In this document: positions 59,645-64,000 of the stretch, one piece after another | Layout: every line of letters begins with the position of its first letter | Position numbering within the stretch: position 1 is the first letter of the stretch | Source of the DNA: Escherichia phage vB_EcoM_Kelasse | Sequence record: MW749001.1 | Reading direction: 5' to 3' (one strand) | Length of the DNA: 64,000 bases | Position numbers and translations under genes: made by a program | Notes under the pieces: model-generated | Told to the model about the DNA's origin: nothing | Seen by the model: the letters and a program-made list of their open reading frames with translations, nothing else | Database searches by the model: none

Positions 59645-60114
59645 TCGGTGATAAAATTATTTAAATTTTGAGTATATTTCTTTTCATCAAAAATCTTTTG
59701 CTGCCTACGTAAACGCCATGGCATTTCAATGAACGTGTACCATATCCCAGATAATATTGCTGCTGTAAAAATATTAACAAGTATGGTTAAAATAATCCAA
59801 TCTCCCGTTCTGTCTACTGGACTTTCTCCAAAGAAGCAAAATACAAATGATGTCACAGGAAAACTAATAATATACCACAGAATCATAATCTTATCTGTGA
59901 ACCAATCAGTGTTCGTTAATTTAGCGCGACCATTATGAATACACACGAATTTATCATCTGTTGCAGTAGATGGCTTAACTGGTTGATATCCCATTCTAAA
60001 CTCCCTAATCAGCAAATTTTTCATATCTTCGGAACAGCCATTCCAGTCAACTCTATCAACTGAAATGCCATCATCCCCATCATCTAAATCATACCAGCGA
60101 GTTTTTAAAATCAT
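59626..60114 (-). CDS. membrane protein, tandem paralog 1 (162 aa)
   Basis: Two hydrophobic segments; C-terminus NFITECRKLK. Confidence 0.55.
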   Translation of the reverse strand: MILKTRWYDLDDGDDGISVDRVDWNGCSEDMKNLLIREFRMGYQPVKPSTATDDKFVCIHNGRAKLTNTDWFTDKIMILWYIISFPVTSFVFCFFGESPVDRTGDWIILTILVNIFTAAILSGIWYTFIEMPWRLRRQQKIFDEKKYTQNLNNFITECRKLK

Positions 60115-60485
60115 TTGATTTTCCTACAATCATTCACGAATTCTTTCATTGATTCATTTTCAATATAAGACATGTAGTTATTATATTCTTTTAATTGTAT
60201 TTTGTAATCCTTTTTTCTTTGCCAATTTATTTTAAAATTATCATAATGAAAATATAAAATAATACCAAAGAATGAAAATAATGAAATCGCTATAGTATAA
60301 TGAAGTTCACTCCAAACTTCTATTATATCTACTATACCGCTGACATTACTGCGGATGTTTAAAATAATACAGTCAATCATTAATCCAATAAGACTACCAG
60401 CAAGAGCTGCAGCCAACGCCACAGCAAAAATTAAAAATGACTCAGAAAAAGAATATTTGACTTTATTTAGTTTTGGCTTTTGCAT
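60111..60485 (-). CDS. membrane protein, tandem paralog 2 (124 aa)
   Basis: Hydrophobic segments; C-terminus EFVNDCRKIK. Confidence 0.55.
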   Translation of the reverse strand: MQKPKLNKVKYSFSESFLIFAVALAAALAGSLIGLMIDCIILNIRSNVSGIVDIIEVWSELHYTIAISLFSFFGIILYFHYDNFKINWQRKKDYKIQLKEYNNYMSYIENESMKEFVNDCRKIK

Positions 60486-60880
60486 CGTGATTCCTTAACA
60501 AATTTCATAATTTCGTTAAATTCATGCATATCTAATTTAAGCTGGTGTTCCTTTTTAATCTTTTTACACTGAGCTTTCCATTCACGTACACGTTTACGAT
60601 AATGCCTTCCTTGATACCAATATCCTACCCAATTTACAGGTACCAATAAAAATGGAACTACTAATGGAAGAATTAATACTAACAAAAATATTACGCCAGA
60701 TTCAATATCAGTCATAAAGTCTATAACCATTCCAACAACCAATAGAATTACAAATGATATAGCTGTCACAGGACCTATTAATACATCAGTAGGAATTAGC
60801 TGACGCTTTAGTTCATACTTCACAGGTTTACTTGGAAGGTATAGTGATGGCTTTGACATATTCTCTACATTCCTTAACAA
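60467..60880 (-). CDS. membrane protein, tandem paralog 3 (137 aa)
   Basis: Hydrophobic segments; C-terminus KFVKESRCKSQN. Confidence 0.55.
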   Translation of the reverse strand: MLRNVENMSKPSLYLPSKPVKYELKRQLIPTDVLIGPVTAISFVILLVVGMVIDFMTDIESGVIFLLVLILPLVVPFLLVPVNWVGYWYQGRHYRKRVREWKAQCKKIKKEHQLKLDMHEFNEIMKFVKESRCKSQN

Positions 60881-61433
60881 ATTTTTCTAATAATAAATCG
60901 CTTTCAAAATTAGGATTTTCCACGAATTTATCAAAAAGATCATCAACGATAGTTAAGATATTCTTTTTATTAAGAATACGCTTATTTTCATATTTTGTTT
61001 CAGAGTCAACTATAAGAGTAAAGAAATATTTCTTTCCCTGAAATTTTACCGTAGTATCAATATATAACAAATTTGACTTTTGTAAATTACGTTTAAACCA
61101 TGCGTCACTTAAACTGTAAACGCCAAGATAATCATAATCGTCATTTAAATAACAAACTGTCCATTCAGGAGAAATGAAATCAGTAAATTCAACATCAAAA
61201 TCACACGTCAATGAATGAATTGATTCAATACTTTTAATGAGTATTCCAGGACGTATTAAAGACTTTTTACCTTTATAAAATCCAGAAAGACTTTCATCAG
61301 TTTCGTATGAAGACCCCCAATAGTAATTACGTCCTTCTGCCATACGTTTAAGAGCATTTAGTAATTGATCTGGAACATCAACCTGTCTTTGGAACTCTTC
61401 AAACATTGAATTGAAATCACTTTGCATTTTCAT
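60828..61433 (-). CDS. hypothetical protein (201 aa)
   Basis: ORF track. Confidence 0.5.
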   Translation of the reverse strand: MKMQSDFNSMFEEFQRQVDVPDQLLNALKRMAEGRNYYWGSSYETDESLSGFYKGKKSLIRPGILIKSIESIHSLTCDFDVEFTDFISPEWTVCYLNDDYDYLGVYSLSDAWFKRNLQKSNLLYIDTTVKFQGKKYFFTLIVDSETKYENKRILNKKNILTIVDDLFDKFVENPNFESDLLLEKFVKECREYVKAITIPSK

Positions 61434-61450
61434 TCCTATTTACTCCAAGT

Positions 61451-61470
61451 AATAGGGGCCGAAGCCCCTT
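61451..61470 (-). terminator. C(UUCG)G tetraloop hairpin without clear U-tract
   Basis: AGGGGC-UUCG-GCCCCU. Confidence 0.4.
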
Positions 61471-61474
61471 ATCA

Positions 61475-62068
61475 TTATTTCAGAGAATTAATATATTCCT
61501 GGACATCGGCAGAGGTAGTTTCAACCCCAGAAATATTGCCGTTAAAAGTTTCAACTCGAGCAAGGGTATCTTCAATATCAACCTTAGTCAGTGCTGCAAT
61601 TTCAACTACATCATCGGCAGTACTAATTCCAAGGGCATTTGCCGCACGAGTTTCACGAATATATTCCAATTTAACTGCAAGTTCTTGGCGAGCATCATCT
61701 AACTCAACTACTTTCTTGGCGATTTCAATTCGCATTTCAGCATAACCGTCAGCTTTAGTAGTCAACTGCTCAGCTGTTCGGCGATATAGTAAACCGAGTT
61801 TAGCATGCATTGTTACATCTTGACCTTCGGAAAGAAGTTTTCGAATTTCACGCTCTTTTGATTCGGCCTGTCGATTCTTTTCGATAACAAGTTCACGAAT
61901 ACGTTTTTCTTCATTAATAGATTTAATAGAAGCAGTTTTTAGATCTTTAATTTTATCAAGTAGTTTTGCTGCTGCAGCAGTATACTGTTCTTCAACAGAT
62001 AGATTTTTAGCCATAGCAGAACCAAGTTTAGTGCGAATAAACTCAACAATTTTCTTCAGTGTGTTCAT
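61475..62068 (-). CDS. coiled-coil protein (197 aa)
   Basis: Heptad-rich throughout; loosely PspA-like layout, unverified. Confidence 0.5.
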   Translation of the reverse strand: MNTLKKIVEFIRTKLGSAMAKNLSVEEQYTAAAAKLLDKIKDLKTASIKSINEEKRIRELVIEKNRQAESKEREIRKLLSEGQDVTMHAKLGLLYRRTAEQLTTKADGYAEMRIEIAKKVVELDDARQELAVKLEYIRETRAANALGISTADDVVEIAALTKVDIEDTLARVETFNGNISGVETTSADVQEYINSLK

Positions 62069-62125
62069 AGTATTTCCTTAGATTGATACAATTAGATAAT
62101 ATCACGTTTTTAATAGATTGTAAAC

Positions 62126-62461
62126 TTATTCTTCGTCTATCTCATCGATAAAGACGTCAATGGCCTCGATAACGGCATCATTGATAGCCAATAAAGTAAA
62201 ATCATCGTCAGTACCTTTATAAGATTCTGAAGCATTGATATATGCTTGATTGACGAGTTCCCAAGCCTTTTTAAAATAAGGAGTTTCATCATCAGGACAA
62301 ATATCCCGCACACCTTCAAAGATACGATTGGCATAATCTAACACCCATTGTACAGGCATGTTTTGAGAACGTTCGTTAAACTCTTTAAATTCCTTAGATT
62401 CAAAAAGCTCTTCAGGATAATAATTTCGATTACAAAAAGCTTTACTAAAGTTACGTTTCAT
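62126..62461 (-). CDS. hypothetical acidic protein (111 aa)
   Basis: ORF track. Confidence 0.5.
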   Translation of the reverse strand: MKRNFSKAFCNRNYYPEELFESKEFKEFNERSQNMPVQWVLDYANRIFEGVRDICPDDETPYFKKAWELVNQAYINASESYKGTDDDFTLLAINDAVIEAIDVFIDEIDEE

Positions 62462-62516
62462 AATGTTCTCCTCAAGCTACAGGCTCATAATATCTCAATC
62501 ATGAGCCTGTGTAAAC

Positions 62517-62792
62517 TTATTTCATATTATTGAAATATTCTTCTGCGATTTCGTCGTTATCATGGTAAACTTTAGAAGACAGTTTAACATAACCTTCAGC
62601 AGTGAACATGTTAATCACAACTTTTACAGTATACCACTGACCGTCTTCATTACCCATTACTGCGTAAGTTTCAAACATCGGATGGTCAGGACCGATAACT
62701 TTAATATCATTCACTGTACGACCGAAATCTTCTGAAACGCATTTCATAAAGAAGTTGAACAGTTCGCCGTAATTATCCATTTCATTCTCCAA
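62517..62792 (-). CDS. hypothetical protein (true start probably ATG near 62780)
   Basis: Track start is TTG; GGAG then ATG downstream; promoter and leader module shared with genes at 1475 and 20204. Confidence 0.5.
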   Translation of the reverse strand: MENEMDNYGELFNFFMKCVSEDFGRTVNDIKVIGPDHPMFETYAVMGNEDGQWYTVKVVINMFTAEGYVKLSSKVYHDNDEIAEEYFNNMK

Positions 62793-62880
62793 GTTGTTTT
62801 CTGTATCAGTAGTTGATAGTTGTATAGTACCATGGAAGAACAGGGATGTAAACCGTTTTGTGAAAAATTTTTTAAAAAGT
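62778..62880 (-). repeat. promoter/leader repeat module, copy B
   Basis: 5' part matches 1741..1797; 3' part matches 20461..20530; partial copies near 45581 and 47285. Confidence 0.7.
62825..62853 (-). promoter_or_regulatory. T4 early-type promoter
   Basis: Minus strand GTTTAC, 17 nt, TGGTACTAT; part of repeated module. Confidence 0.5.
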
Positions 62881-63019
62881 TTTAGAGAATTCTAGGGAGG
62901 GAAGGGGCAATTAAAGGATAGGATAATATATTATAAAGGGTAGAAACTAAATGATGCCTAGAGAGGTCCAGAAAGGCCTAGATGCCAAAAAGCCCTATCA
63001 TTTAGATAGGGATTTAAAA

Positions 63020-63583
63020 TTATTTATCTAGTTTAGTTATTATAGCTTCTGCGGCAGCTTTTAGCTTAGATGCGGTGTTAATACGATTTTTAATTTCAGT
63101 ATACGCATCGCCAAGAACATCAAGGCTATCAGAATAAACACTTACACTATTGCGTTCGCTATTTGAAATAGAACCTTTAGTTTTACGTTCAAAATCGGTG
63201 TACACGTCTTGAAGATCACGGGCTGCCTTCTTTGCATCATCCAATGCATCAAGAGCTTTATTCAAAGCATTAACATATTTTTTAGTGTCGAACATATTCT
63301 TAGAAATTTTAACAGGTGCACGTTCAGGAGTAGCTAAGGCAGATTTAGGAACCTGAGCGCCAGATGCCAATTTCTTAGAAATTTTGAAAAATGCTTTATT
63401 GAAACTATTTTCTTGACTCATCGTAAAAGAACTATTATCAATGTTATACATTTCAATAGCTTTAGCTTTCCACTTAAGAAAATCGCCACGGTCTTTTGGG
63501 TCCAAGTGGAAGAATACTTTAGTAAGATCTGCTTCAGATGGTAATTTTGCTGCTTCGGTTAAAAATTCGGCGTAGGTTTTCAT
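63020..63583 (-). CDS. internal-protein-like protein with capsid targeting sequence (187 aa)
   Basis: N-terminus MKTYAEFLTEA; hairpin downstream. Confidence 0.6.
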   Translation of the reverse strand: MKTYAEFLTEAAKLPSEADLTKVFFHLDPKDRGDFLKWKAKAIEMYNIDNSSFTMSQENSFNKAFFKISKKLASGAQVPKSALATPERAPVKISKNMFDTKKYVNALNKALDALDDAKKAARDLQDVYTDFERKTKGSISNSERNSVSVYSDSLDVLGDAYTEIKNRINTASKLKAAAEAIITKLDK

Positions 63584-63660
63584 TTAAAATCCTTGAAATA
63601 ATTTATTGGTTATTAATTATTTATCACGTTGTTATATGTAACAGCATTCTCCGAGCGATT

Positions 63661-63700
63661 CAAACTAAAAAGCCCCAACCTTTCTGTCGGGGCTAAGAAT
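63661..63700 (-). terminator. rho-independent terminator downstream of 63702 ORF
   Basis: AGCCCC / GGGGCU stem with 12-nt loop followed by U5. Confidence 0.5.
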
Positions 63701-63701
63701 G

Positions 63702-63989
63702 TTATTTAATTTGCTTAGCAGACCAAATGCGGTCTTTGATAATTTTTTGGATGTCTTCAACATACTCAAGAGAGTGAACATGTGGGTTATCTTTGAAACT
63801 ATAAGCACGAGCTAGCTTTTGGCCTTCAGTTTTGATTACTAAAAGCTCTTTAAGGATAGCTTCATATTTGGAGATAATTCCTTTAACAATATTTTTCTCT
63901 TGTGCGACTTTAGGATCTGCTTTAGGAGCAGGTTTACCAGAAGCCTTTGCAAAAGCAGCGCCAGTAGCAACTAAACTTTTCCAGGCCAT
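63702..63989 (-). CDS. hypothetical basic protein (95 aa)
   Basis: ORF track; hairpin downstream. Confidence 0.5.
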   Translation of the reverse strand: MAWKSLVATGAAFAKASGKPAPKADPKVAQEKNIVKGIISKYEAILKELLVIKTEGQKLARAYSFKDNPHVHSLEYVEDIQKIIKDRIWSAKQIK

Positions 63990-64000
63990 ACTAACTGCAT

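Noticed and set aside
62793-63019. tRNA genes in the region between the e.x block and the next IP-like gene, where T4 carries its tRNA cluster
   Set aside because: No cloverleaf-compatible sequence or T-loop GTTCGAAT-like motif was seen by eye; the interval holds promoter, direct-repeat and hairpin sequence only. A tRNA scan is needed for certainty.

Overview
This window is a contiguous stretch of a T-even (T4-like, Tequatrovirus-type) myovirus genome covering the early/middle gene region. It is AT-rich and almost every gene is on the minus strand, with short overlaps and ATGA-type stop/start junctions. Recognised genes in window order: dexA, dda, srd, modA, modB, soc, 56 (dCTPase), 61 (primase), sp, dmd, 41, 40, uvsX, 42, imm, 43, regA, 62, 44, 45, rpbA, 46, 47, alpha-gt, 55, nrdH-like, nrdG, nrdD, 49, pin, nrdC, rI, tk, regB, a GrcA-like gene, denV, an IPII-like gene, e (lysozyme) and nudE, interspersed with many small ORFs of unknown function. 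Apparent differences from the T4 reference as I recall it: no segA; the beta-gt position holds a DxD (GT-A type) glycosyltransferase, as expected for a T2/T6-like beta-alpha-gt; no dam between 56 and 61 (a small plus-strand membrane ORF sits there); nrdD is intron-less; no ipIII next to e; and no tRNA genes detected. Non-coding signals include T4-type early promoters (GTTTAC -35, TG-extended -10) downstream of many genes, late-promoter TATAAATA motifs upstream of soc and e, and a family of C(UUCG)G tetraloop hairpins. The most interesting unexplained content is a nucleotidyltransferase-fold protein beside an AAA+ ATPase, a TARG1-like macro-domain protein, several proteins with capsid-targeting (MKTYxEF) N-termini, a run of four coiled-coil-tailed proteins, and several tandem paralog sets. 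All calls rest on reading the translations and recalled protein families; no searches were run. Gene names given by position are less certain than those given by sequence recognition, and coordinates of hand-called small ORFs and motifs may be off by 1-3 nt.
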